From positions 1,483,670 through 1,547,667 of the forward strand of contig BFEA01000008.1 in assembly GCA_003427395.1 (NCBI GenBank): a stretch of DNA of 63,998 bases, given 5' to 3'. This stretch comes from Chara braunii. Taxonomy: Eukaryota > Plantae > Charophyceae. Positions 48,428 to 62,986 of this stretch are shown here, one piece after another. The number at the start of each line of letters is the position of its first letter. Position 1 is the stretch's first letter. The position numbers were made by a program, and so were the translations under genes. The notes beneath the pieces are model-generated. The model did not search any database and was not told the DNA's origin. It was given only the letters and a program-made list of their open reading frames with translations.

Positions 48428-49452
48428 TTTTTTTTTTTTTTTTTTTTAAGTCCAGGGTGTTGTAGAGGCCAGTCAGTATGTGCACAGTGATCACCTGGAA
48501 CTGTGAGCCGCGGGTGTCCTGGAATATGAGACCACCTCCCAACCCATCCTCACGTCAATACTCCTAGCGCACTCCGTATCCCACTTTTCTACCTCAGTGT
48601 GACCAGCACTCAGGACCATTGCCCTACCAACGGGCAGGCAACTTGGACCGAACAGCAGTGATAGGCACCAGGGCTGATAGATTGCCCAGCCATGGTGGAA
48701 GTGGAATCAAACGAACCTTGTCGAATGGGAACCTCAGACGCTAGGCCCAGACAATGAACTACAGGCCCCATATACATAGCCAGCAGAGAGTTCTATCCGA
48801 ATGTCAGTAGGAACTGCACCCAATGCCACCCTATCCAACCTACCTGAACCTACTGCAGGCACTAGGCCCCACCAGTGACTAGCTCCCCAGCCTGTTTTTT
48901 GTGTGTATATTCTGTGAATCTGTGTACACAGTATTATGTGTGGAGACTTGTGTATGTAACCTGTAGGTGATATATAATTCGCAAGCTATGTGTGTATGCC
49001 CGAAAGCTATGTGTTTTCTGTGAATCATGTGTGTATCGAGGAGAGAACGGGGCCAGCTGGACAAGGACCCCCCCGAAGGACCGAACCAAGCTTGAACCCG
49101 TAACCATGTAACATGTAATCCAAGACTCTACCGTATGAGCAACTTCCGGAAATGGAATGAACGTGTGATATGCCAGACTGGGGAGAACATCAGAACACCC
49201 GAGACCAACACCCCAAGCAAACCCTGTGAAACCCACAACCAACATACAACACCGTGGACTACCCTTGGGTGGTGCGCAGGCAGTGTCTGTAATAGTACCA
49301 TGCGTCAGCCCAAGGGGATGTGTGTCCAGCCGTGCGTCAATCTAACGCCCTCCGGTGTCCATGCGCAAGGCTGCGGGGTTTTGAACCTGCAACCTTATAC
49401 CACAATGCGCATTTCCAACCGGTGCTCTAACCACTGAGCTACATCAACTGGA
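48428..49452 (-). mobile_element. ~1 kb tRNA-derived SINE with up to three tRNA-like units
   Basis: 16-bp TSD ctggatacccccatag (48412-48427 and 49453-49468), poly-A 48428-48447, A/B-box pairs at 49431/49377, 49131/49089 and 48752/48703. Confidence 0.85.
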
Positions 49453-52400
49453 CTGGATACCCCCATAGTATTCCCTACGCCGAGGGTTAAAAAACAAAAA
49501 AAAAAAACAAATCTAAAAGTTTTGCTTTTTCACATTGCTTACAATGCGACCAAACAGCATAAATGACTAGATGAATAGTCAGAATAGGCAAAAAAAAAAA
49601 AAAAAAAAAAGATGAATAGGTTTTGTTGATGAGATTGTCTAGTGAGAGCATTGTGCGTATTTCCCCTTACTAAAGGGGAGGGGCTAAGAGGTGGACCCAC
49701 AGCTTTGCGGCAAAGGCCTGGAAATGGAAATCGGTTTCCAGGAATTGGTCGTCGGGGTGCACGGCCAATTTCGAAATGAGACCCCACCGCACCCGCGTGG
49801 TGAGGCGTGCCCGGAGGGTTCACTTTCCAGAAAAGGAAAACTTTCCTTTTCGATGTATGGGGGTTCCAGTTTCCTCGAACGTGGATTCTGGAGGACTGTA
49901 CCCGGACAAGAGTGGGCGGCCTGGGTTGGTGGCGCCGAGCAACACTTGTGTCGCTTGGTAGCAGTACAGCGAGCAGTTTGGAGCCCCATACCCACATGTT
50001 GCTGGGGTCCAGAGGCAAACCGGTTTCCCCAAGGGTTGTTGATTTGTCCCGTTCCACCACCGCGGCATCTCCATTACCTTCTCTATGCATTTTCTTTCGT
50101 TTGTCGTCTGCAGTCTTCCCGCGGGTGTGGCAGACATGGATAGCATCCAAGCAGGTGGGGCAGACAGTGAGTGGGAAGAGAGGGTGGTGATGATGGTCTT
50201 CGTTGTTGCTGAAGTGCTGCAACATGTCAATCATTCAACCTATTTGATGCTTACAGACGTCTCTTTCCTACCAAACGCTCATACACATGTTTCAGGAAAA
50301 GTCAAATATGAAAGCATCTAAGTCGAGGATAAACCTAATACTTTTATCAGAGGAACTGGAGGGAGCTCTCCAAGTAGCAGAGATCTTCCCTTGCAGTATC
50401 TTCCCTGGTCTGGACCATGCCATGGATGTTGTATTACTATCGTTCGGAAAGAAGCCTGACCAAGGTAGAGGTTTCTATAAATTAAACACATCTCTGCTCC
50501 ACATAGACAGTTTCAAAGTATATCTCCAGGATGTTTGGTCTTTCTGGAGAGAGCAGAAAGAACAAATCAAGGATGATATACGCTGGTTCAACAACGGCCT
50601 AATGTTCCTGGGCCGTAAATGCAATGAATATTCAAAACTGCTTGCTATGCAGCGACATCGGGAAGAAATTGACCTACAAAAACAACTACAACAACTTCAG
50701 CAACAAGAATAAGAGTTGATTTATGAAATCAAGAAAACTGAAACCTCTCAAAAAATCAGTACCCTTGAAACCAAATTACTATCTTTTATGGAACATCGTT
50801 GGCAAGGGATCAGAATCAGAGGTAAGCTAAAGGGCCATAACATAGAAGGAATCATGGATGCGAGATTTTTTGCCACAACAAAAGTAAGGACGGGACGCAC
50901 AATCATTGAGGTTTTTTTTAACCCTCAAGGTGGCCAATTCTCTCTAGTCACTTCTACGGCGGAATGCACAAACGTAGCAAGGGACTTCTACAAATCCCTC
51001 TTCACATCGGAATGCAAACAGCCGAGAGAGCAAAGGGCTAAAGAAATAAAAGAATTCATGAAACCACTAACTAAAGCCCTAAGTAATCAACAGAAAGAAA
51101 TGCTAGACACCCCCCTCACAAAGGAAGAAATTTGGTCGGCCTTGATGATGATGGAAGAAGACAAAACCCCCGGGATTGACGGCCTACCAAAATAATTTTG
51201 GGAAATCATGTGGGATTTTTTAGCCCAAGACCTGATGGACTTCTACCATGCAGTTTGGGCCACTGGTGCTATTGGGGAAATAGTTGGACAAGGGATTCTC
51301 ACCCTATTATACATAAAGGGAGATAAAGCAAATATCTGTAAGTACAGGCCAATTACCCTCGTCACAGTAGTTTATAAGTTGGCAGCAAAAGCACTCGCAA
51401 ACCGTATGTTGAAAGTCATCAAGGACATTATTCACCCAACACAAACTGGTTTTATTGAAGAGAGGAACATCCAAGATAATATCCTATTAGTAAATGAACT
51501 AGTCAAACTTTCTAGGCAATCCAAACATAATGCAACTTTCATCTTCATAGATTTTGAAAAAGCATATGATCACGTAGACTGTTTTTTTTTAGAAAAATGC
51601 CTAGAAAAGTTTAACTTTTGACCTAATTTTCGAAAATGGATTGCGATCCTGCACTCTAATGCTACAACGAGGGTAATGATAAACGGTAACCTAGCCCACC
51701 GATTGAGTTGGAACGATCAGTAAGACAAGGAGATCCAATTGCCCCCTTCCTCTATGTCATTATGATGGAAGCCCTAGCAGCAAACTTGAGATATAACAAG
51801 GACATCAAAAAAATTCAGGTCAGCTACATTCCAGAAGAAGCCATACCAATTTGATCTCTGTTTGCAGACGAACTCTCCCTGATGGTCGAAGCCTCCAATG
51901 AAAATCTAAGTGAAATTAAGAAACTTATGGATAAATTTTGCACCCTCTCAGACATGAGAATCAATTGGGGTACAAAAACACAAGGATGGTGGATACACCA
52001 TCAGGGAGTGAGACCGCCAGAACACCCAAGGATTAACTGGGTCCAGCAGAGAATCCAATTAGGGTCTTGGGCATTTCATTTTTGCAATGGGTAAACCAAT
52101 TGAGAATGATGAATGTATAGGTAAATCAACTCTTGCTAAACTGGAATTATGGAAGGACAAACGGACCTCTATTATAGGGCGGTCGTTGGTCATAAACAAT
52201 GTCATCTTGGCTTCAATTTGGTACAAATCAGCAGTATGGGCATTATATAAATCTGCACTTAAGCCTCTTCAAAGACAAATAATAGCATACCTGTGGAGAG
52301 GAAATCACGATCATAAGAACGTATTAAGCAGAGTGGCATGGCAGGCAGTGATCCAACCCAAAGCAAAAGGAGGACTTGGTTTATTAGACCCCTCTACCCA

Positions 52401-54045
52401 AACCATGACCCTCTCTATTCAATGGATTAAAATGTTACTTTTTAATCCGGAGACCCTCTGGATAGCTCTAGCGGAAGAACAGATCACGAGATTAGCCCCC
52501 GAAGTACCTAGTGGGACTGATCCACTGACATGGTTAGAGAATCGTTATTGGCCCATCCCTAGGGGCAGAGCACAACATGCTGATCAGCTAGTGGATTCTC
52601 ATCGTCAAGCCACAAGGATGGACATAAGAAATAACCCTTTTTGGATAGATCTCCTTAGAACGTGGCGTAAACTGCCCTTACCGGAAAAAATTGCTACAAA
52701 CAGATGGGAGGAAGTCTGCCGACAACCTTTGTTCAATAACAGGTGGATCACTGATACACAGGGCAAGATGTTCCACTGCTTAGATTCCCCCTGGAAAGGT
52801 TGGGTAAAGAACGGTTTACTAAGGGTAGGTGACATCTAGTTCCCAGAAACAAAGAACTGGCACCAGCTCTCCAGCCTCTTGCCAAGGCTAAGATATTGCA
52901 GGGGAACAACAAGTGTATTTGAAACAATTACTGAAGTCATCCCGATAGCATGGTTAAGAATTCTCAAGAAGGGTCCCCAACTTAAAGAAGGCGATTGGGT
53001 GGGTATCCAGGGGAACCCCCAGCAAATAGGAAATGTGATATTGGTGAACAATGGAGGAGCAGTTTTATTCTCAATCTTTTCAATCAACCAGAGCTACCAG
53101 ATAAAACAATATTTTACCAACGAAACCAGATGGGTAGAAAGGGAACAAGTCTTCAGAATCAGAGTTCTGAAACAAAAGGATCATTGGATTGCCTTCAAAC
53201 CTGCATGTCCAATTAATAAACTGGATTTTGACCCAACCTACTGGACATGGACGGTACCAGGAAGGAGTAGCAGAAAATGTACGCGTACTTTACACTCACT
53301 AACAGTCAAATCAACCTATAGATTGTTGAGACCTAAATTAAATTTGAGAAATCGGGTTGAAAGCAGATGGATGAAGCACTTGAATGTGAGCAAGAAAGAT
53401 ATCAGGAATATCAAGTGGTTCAAAACAATCAAGATCAGACCAACAAAGATCGCCTCTCTTCAATGGAAAATCGACCATCGTTGCCTTCCCACGAATGACT
53501 GGCTTATGGACAGAACATCACTGGAAGAAAAAGACCTTGCTCATCCGTGGTGCAAGCTATGTATCTCATCATTCCCAAGTAGAAAGGTTGGATTAAGAGA
53601 GGTATCATGCGTATCAGAGATATATGGAATAAGGATACACGAGATTGGAAATCGTCAGAGGAATTGCAAAGTCAGTTAAGATATTGTCATCACTCGGAGG
53701 ATGCACTGGATCATATCATAGAATTGATACCTTTGTAATGGATTAGGATTCTCAGGAAAGGACAGGTGTTGGAGGAAGGGGATTGGGTTGCTATAAGGAT
53801 GAAAGTTGATCTGATAGGTAATATAATGCAAATTAATCGTAATGGAGAGCTTCTATTGGAATTATATAGACTTGCACATGATCACGCAGTGGAATCCAAT
53901 CCTAAGGAGGAAACTAGATGGGTGGATGAAGAGCAGGTCTTCACGATAAGGATGATGAAGCAAAAAGATAAATGGAGAGCCTTTAAACCCAATATTTCGA
54001 TCCAACATCTAGAATTGGATCCCATTGAATGGATTTGGTCAACAC

Positions 54046-56037
<1,992 letters not shown>

Positions 56038-56477
56038 GTCAACACCACAAAGAAGAAGTCAACAATACAAGAGGTCACTCCACTCTTTGATAGTTAAATC
56101 CACATATAAAATGCTGAGACCAAGAATCAATTTAAAAGACAGAGTTGAGGAAAGATGGATGAGGCAATTGAATGTTAGCAAGGAAGCTCTCAAATCAGTT
56201 AAACGGTTTGGGAATTTGAAAGTTAAACCAGCTTAGATATCGTCCTTGCAATGGCAGATTGAGCACAAATGTTTGCCTACTAATGACTGGTTGATTAGTA
56301 GAACGGCACTGGAACAAAGGGGTTTAGCTGTACCATGGTGTCGTTTTTGTAGAACGGTCTTTCCAATAAAAACAGTTCCTGAAACTATTGAGCATATTTT
56401 CTTGCAATGCCCAGGTGCAATCTGGTTATGGAGATGGTGGGATAGAATATAGGGTGTCATTGAGACAACTAGTCAAT

Positions 56478-56773
56478 AACTGACATTTCGTTAAAACTGA
56501 CATTTTTTTCTAAATTCACGAAATTGAGTGTACAAAAAAACCACATTTTTTAGTGTTTTTTTGTCCTCACGACGTCGGATGATCACATCATCGGGTGTCG
56601 TGGCGACTCCCGATGATCTGACTATCAGATGTATGTTAACGACATTTTACGTTGAGGTACATCAGATGGACAAAGTGAGATAACCACTTTCTCACCCGAT
56701 GAGCAATGAAATTTTGACTAAGTCCACTTTCGTGAATTTAGAAAAAAATGTCAGTTTTAACGAAATGTCAGTT
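56478..56773. mobile_element. MITE (296 bp) with ~45 bp TIRs and a 4-bp TSD (CAAT)
   Basis: caat|aactgacatttcgttaaaactgacatttttttctaaattcacgaaa...tttcgtgaatttagaaaaaaatgtcagttttaacgaaatgtcagtt|caat. Removing it restores the LINE frame TSQWPWNW. Confidence 0.92.
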
Positions 56774-58577
56774 CAATGGCCTTGGAATTGGAAAGCTTTA
56801 TTACTAGAAGTATGAGAACCAGATCCATATGATGAATTTACAAGTCATTTATTGAAGATTAGTAGAAGGAGGTTACTTTGGGCTATCTGGAAGATAAGGT
56901 GTACATATGAAATGGAGGGAGCAAGACTGGATGGGCCGAAATTTACGAAAGCAATTAAACAGCAAATACAAACAATGATTTGTTCACATTGGGACATAGT
57001 TAAGGAAAAAATCAAGTATTTTTTTTCAGAAAATGAGATCAAGAATCACATTAGGGAATTCAGTTGCAGTTGGCTGGGGGGACCACGAGGGGGAAAAATT
57101 GGCCAGGTCAAGAGGAAAGGGCTATCCCGATGAGAAGCTTATCTGAATTTCCGAATCCATTTCCCCCACAACCTGGTTGCCTAGTTCCTTGGTCTTGGTT
57201 CGGAAATGAGTGAGGATGTTACAGTGTATAGGATTAAGCTAGGTTTGGCTAAAATATCTGGCGCCCTTTATAGGGGTGAAGAGGCTGGATCCTTATACTT
57301 GGGAGAGGATGAGGCAGAAGCTCTGAGAGATCAACAGGAGCCCCAACCGCTATGCTGCTATTGAAAGACATAGCCTCAATAGAACTTTATCAACAATATC
57401 ATTATTCTTATAAGAAGGAAACTGAGACTTGTTTTCAGCATGCTCCGATTGGTTACATCCGGGTAGACTGTGAGGACCCCGGCCTCATCATTCAATTGGT
57501 AATATCAGCCTTGGGCACTGGGCCCTTTTTGTTAAAAAAAATAAATAAATAAAAAAAATGAGAATTCCAGATACTATAGAACACATCTTCCTCCAATGTC
57601 CAGGCGCGGTGTGGTTATGGCGCTGGTGGGATAGGATTTGGACTTNCCTCAATACTCAGCTGCCTTGGCCATGGGACTGGAGAGCCCTTGTCTGTGAGAC
57701 ATGGTCTCCAGCCCCGCTAGATGATTTTTCCCACAACTTATTTAGAATTGGAAGAAGGGTCATTCTTTGGGCCCTCTGGAACCGTCGCTGTACTTTCGAG
57801 ATAGAAGGAGCAAGGATTGATGGCCCTGAAATAACAGAAGCAATCGAACTACAAGTACAGACAGACATCACAATCCAATGGAAAAAAGTGAAAGAGGGAA
57901 TTCATTTCCTATCATCTAAAAAAGAAATCCAACAACACATTGAACAGTTCAATGGTGCTTGGCTAGGGGGACCCCAAGGAGGGAAGATTGGACAGATCAG
58001 AGATGGGGGGGGTAAGAGAGGTATCAAGGTAGGACAAGATGAGGAAGTACCAAGGGATTTTCGTCTGTCATTTCATGATTGGACTAGTGTGGACTCATCA
58101 GTCCCTCTGCGCCCTCCTTCAGAGTTCCCAGATCCCTTCCCCCCCCCCCATTTATCCCTGGTCTCCTTGAGTTGGTACGGCTATGATTGAAAAGGGGATG
58201 GTTGATGGGGGAAGAGTCTTTCTGCTTGATTTTGACATGATGTCTACTGAGTCCTCTTGCAGGTGGTTACGGCAAAGTAGTAGTTTGAAAGCTCAACTCT
58301 CATTCGAGTCATCACAATTCATCAGTATCATTTTTCCATTTTGGTACCAGGGCTTATCTGAAAATTTTGGCACCACTCAGGTGAGGGTGAAGAGGTACGA
58401 GGGACGCTGGGCCTGTTTCCCAACATTTTCAGTCGCGGTGTCTGAGCATTGTATGTCAAGGGACGCTGGACCCGTTTTCCAGCAGGTGCAGCTCCCCACC
58501 AATAGAATGGAGTTCCCCATGGAGTTGGTAGGAGTGTATGCACTTATCATCACTCCTATCGGTAGCCATGAGGTGAC

Positions 58578-58610
<33 letters not shown>

Positions 58611-60058
58611 TGCTGCAACATAGGAATGTTGCCGCACTAACAGTGTTGCAAGCGGCAGCCGCTCTTCCCCTACAAGTGCCCTGTGTCGGTGACAACCTTG
58701 CCATTATATCTAGCGGTTTTGCTGCACAACCACGTCATGCAGTGTGCCACGCTGAAGGCTGTTCGGGAGCGAGCACGAAGGGCAGGCAGATAGTGGGTGT
58801 TGGAACACAATGGAGGTGTGTGGTCGGATCTTCAAATGGGAGGGGATCGGCACGACAAGGTGTTCCGCAAATTCTGTCGTCTTCCATGTCCACTCTTCCT
58901 GGAAATCCTTGAGCGGATAAAACCGCATGTTCAATGGCAGGACACAAACTGGAGGCGGCCATTGCCAGCAGCTTTGAAGTTCGCATGCGCGCTTGGCCGT
59001 TGGGCGATGGGTACATACAATAGACAGTACGAACACTCCCTTGGGCTGGGGTTGGCGAATGCCCAGCGGAGCAATGTCGATGTGGCGAATGCACTCATCA
59101 AGGCGTATGGCCATGTCATCCGCTAGCCTGAGGGGCATCGTCTACAGGAGACCCTGGACGCTTTCGAGAGGAAAGGATTTCCAGGGTGTGTGGGTGCCAT
59201 AAACTGCACCCACCTGTACATAGAGAAGCCGAAGTGGGAAAGGGCTGAGTGGTACTACGATCGAACTGACAAGCATTCCATTGCCGCCCAAGTGGTGTGC
59301 GATCACGAGGGCAGGATCTTGAATGCCTACTCCCTGAAGCCGTCCACGACGCCCGTGTGTTGCGGCTGTTACAAGGAATCCGATGTGCAAAAGGGTAGGG
59401 GCATCTTCCATAGTGGTGCTTGCGTGCTGCACGGCGGCGGAGAAGTCGGTTACTACCTCATGGACGATGTAGGTCACCCCCAGCTGCCACGGATTATGAC
59501 CCTGGTTGGAGGGACGTCAAGGACCTCGAGTGAACGGCTATACGACAATTTTCACGCTCCGGCCAGATCTATCATCGAGCGGTGTTTCGGTCAACTGAAC
59601 AGAGTGTGGCGAAATTTCATCCGCCGGCAGATCTGCAACATGAAGACTTTATGTAAGGAATTCATGGCGGTGTGCATACTGCACAACCTCATGATAGATG
59701 TGAACGTGGAGATAGATCCTATGTTGCTGACGATACACTCTGACAGTGACGATGAGGACAAGGGTCTCCCTCATCGTCGACGTCGTTTGAATAGGCATGA
59801 TGAGGTGCACAATCGGGAAGAGGGTTGGGGGTGAGAGGAGGTATCGCTGGCTCACTGCACCGACGCCAGCAGAGCAATCAGGGACTGCCTCATAGGCCAT
59901 GTTGAGCACTACTCGAGGTTGCATGGATGTTCGCCTGCAAATCCTTGGGGAGTTTGATGGCCGGAGGTCCAGTCCTAACCTCCGTGTGGACACATGAGTG
60001 AATGCCTCGATTTCAAGGAAAATTCCAGAGTGCGATGGTCTTGTGCTACTCTTCTTTG

Positions 60059-60118
<60 letters not shown>

Positions 60119-60803
60119 NNNNNNNNNNNNNNNNNNNNNNNNNNNNNNNNNNNNNNNNNNNNNNNNNNNNNNNNNNNNNNNNNNNNNNNNNNNNNNNNNN
60201 NNNNNNNNNNNNNNNNNNNNNNNNNNNNNNNNNNNNNNNNNNNNNNNNNNNNNNNNNNNNNNNNNNNNNNNNNNNNNNNNNNNNNNNNNNNNNNNNNNNN
60301 NNNNNNNNNNNNNNNNNNNNNNNNNNNNNNNNNNNNNNNNNNNNNNNNNNNNNNNNNNNNNNNNNNNNNNNNNNNNNNNNNNNNNNNNNNNNNNNNNNNN
60401 NNNNNNNNNNNNNNNNNNNNNNNNNNNNNNNNNNNNNNNNNNNNNNNNNNNNNNNNNNNNNNNNNNNNNNNNNNNNNNNNNNNNNNNNNNNNNNNNNNNN
60501 NNNNNNNNNNNNNNNNNNNNNNNNNNNNNNNNNNNNNNNNNNNNNNNNNNNNNNNNNNNNNNNNNNNNNNNNNNNNNNNNNNNNNNNNNNNNNNNNNNNN
60601 NNNNNNNNNNNNNNNNNNNNNNNNNNNNNNNNNNNNNNNNNNNNNNNNNNNNNNNNNNNNNNNNNNNNNNNNNNNNNNNNNNNNNNNNNNNNNNNNNNNN
60701 NNNNNNNNNNNNNNNNNNNNNNNNNNNNNNNNNNNNNNNNNNNNNNNNNNNNNNNNNNNNNNNNNNNNNNNNNNNNNNNNNNNNNNNNNNNNNNNNNNNN
60801 NNN

Positions 60804-61235
60804 GTGTGTGTGTGTGTGTGTGCGTGTGCCGGGGGGAGGGGAGGGAGGACCCCTCCCCTACCAATCAATCAATCAATAAATCAACCAACCAACCAACCAA
60901 CCAACCAACCAACCAACCAATCAATCAATCAACCAACCAACCAATCAATCAATCAATCAATCAACCAACCAATCAATCATTCAATCAATCTATCAATCAA
61001 TCAATTTTTTTTTCTAATTTATTTCTATTTTTTTTTTCACACACCAAAAACCACCCCCGTGAAAATATTTTTTTTAACTTTTTTTTGTTCAAGGGGGTGG
61101 GGTCGGGGTTCCGGAACCCCAATCCGCAACCCCCTTCCCCGACCCCCTCTCCCCTCGGTCGCGGCGGGCTTCCGAAGACCACGGCCGTGGACCGTAGTCG
61201 TGCCCGCGATGACTGCGGCTGCGGGGGATTCATAG
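60804..61235. mobile_element. Probable right end of another CTATG-terminal hAT-like element with (CAAT/CAAC)n interior
   Basis: Ends gcggctgcgggggattcatag (reverse complement ctatgaatcccccgcagccgc); architecture resembles 54046-56037. Confidence 0.5.
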
Positions 61236-61522
61236 CCCATATACGGATGTCTGTTAGAAATTTCTCAATTAAGCAACAAAAGCAACACACACACACACAC
61301 ACACACTCACACTCACACTCACACACACACACACTCATACACACACACACATCACACACACGCGTGCGCGCGCATCGTGTGCACGTGTGTGTGTGATCAC
61401 TGTGATATGTGTGCCTGTGTGTAAGTGTGTGTCCCTCATAATATGACATGTTTGTGGTATGATACAGAAACCACATCATAATCAAACTCTGAAATAATAT
61501 ATCAGTGCACCTTAAAAATGAA

Positions 61523-61681
61523 AACTTGTAGGCGTGGTGCAGACACATTCGGTACTCGGAGGTGGGGAATGACTATGCCGGACTACATGCGCATGCTCAA
61601 GAATAAGAACTCGTAGGCATGGTGCAGACGGAACCTCTATTGTAAGGTGGGGAATGCTTATGCCGGACTACACGGGCATCC
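61523..61681 (+). repeat. Two ~85 bp tandem units
   Basis: aact.gtaggc.tggtgcagac...ggtggggaatg..tatgccggactaca occurs twice. Confidence 0.75.
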
Positions 61682-61789
61682 ATGCTCCCACTGCTCTTTG
61701 CGGGCGAACTGGAACACACACGATCTAACAAACACCACAGGACTGGGAAAGGAAGCACAATAAGGCAAAAGGCAAGGAGGCAACGACAA

Positions 61790-62859
61790 CAAACTGCAAA
61801 AAGGCACAAGGACTGGGGGGCACGGGGGAGGTGGGAGGGCAGACCATACATAAATGCACAAAACAAGGAAAGACAAAAGAAAAGTGCAAGTACAGAAAGA
61901 TACCCCAAACATAAGACAACAGGCAGCAGCAAAAAACAATGGGTGGAGGGCACTGGGGAGGCGAGAGGGCAGACGTCAAGGGCAGAAGTCACTCAAACAC
62001 ACAAAGCAGGCAAAGCAAAAAATATACATACAAGTCCTCAAAGACAGCCCTCCGATGATGATAAGATTGTTTCCTCGGAGTTGCACCAATTCATCAGGAG
62101 GCTGAACCCTCAACAATCTGCAGAGTCTTTGCATTGGATGGTTTGGGTCGTGAACCCTTTGATCCTTGTTGAAGGCGGACTGTCCCCCAAACGGAACACA
62201 GCAGTGGGCTGCAACACATGCCAAGCACTAGGCAGTAGAGGCAACATGGCTGCACAACGCCAAAAACGAGTGCAAGGAACGACACGGCGCGCAGGACAAG
62301 CAATGCGGCAACCATGCCGTGAAGCAAGGCAAAACCAACAAGGCAACCACACAGTAGGGGACGGCAATGCTAGCGGTGGAGTAGCACAGCAACCATGCAG
62401 TGGAGCACAAGGCAGCACCTACAAGGCATGTGAACTAAAAGGCGCGCAAGCAAAGGACATGGAAGGCACAACCAGTGGATGAGCGGCAAGCCAGCGGAGC
62501 AGCGAAACACAAAGGCAACACCAACAACATGGCCACACCACAGCGAACACATCAACCTGCAAAGAACCACATGCGAAGCAAGCGGGACAGGCAGCAAGGC
62601 AGCAGCAAAGCGCAAACGAGGCAGTCCACACATCCAACACGGAGCAAAGCAGCACATGACCTACTCGCATAGCGATTAAACCCTGCAGACTGTTGGTTCC
62701 CACCACCCACTGAGCCAGGGAGTCACTCTAACAAGCATCCGTCATTACCCACAGGCAACACAGACATCCCGAACCGAGCTGCCCCCTAGGAGTGCAGTAG
62801 GCACTCCAAACAAGGAACCACCGACTGTTTGGCACTACTTAAGGGTGCTCAGTTGGGCA

Positions 62860-62895
<36 letters not shown>

Positions 62896-62951
62896 GAAGA
62901 AAATCAGAGGGAGGACAGACAACAGAAGAAAGACTGACAGACAAAGCTGAT

Positions 62952-62952
<1 letters not shown>
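61790..62952 (+). repeat. Unclassified interspersed repeat, copy B
   Basis: Reverse complement of 141-1206; contains an A-tract at 62861-62890 and is followed by (GT)n. Confidence 0.85.

Positions 62953-62986
<34 letters not shown>

Larger units (their letters stand above)
47535..49510 (+). mobile_element. LINE 3' tail split by two antisense SINEs (47535-47641 and 49463-49510)
   Basis: Tail motif and hairpin at 47535-47640; the sequence resumes at cccatagtattccc (49462) and ends in an A-tail at 49488-49510. Confidence 0.7.

Noticed and set aside
48350-49452. Functional tRNA genes
   Set aside because: The A/B boxes lack intact cloverleaf stems and lie in units with poly-A tails and TSDs, so they are SINE heads.
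49685-49705. Harbinger left TIR (taa|gaggtggacccaca)
   Set aside because: Plausible position and TAA flank, but no matching right TIR is visible, so it is not called.
57460-57500. Hammerhead ribozyme core in ctgtgagg
   Set aside because: It does not match CUGANGA and lacks a suitably placed GAAA with flanking helices.
58622-59957. Domesticated HARBI1/ALP1-like host gene
   Set aside because: It has in-frame stops, frameshifts, an altered first catalytic Asp (GAIN) and a LINE insertion, so it is a dead transposase.
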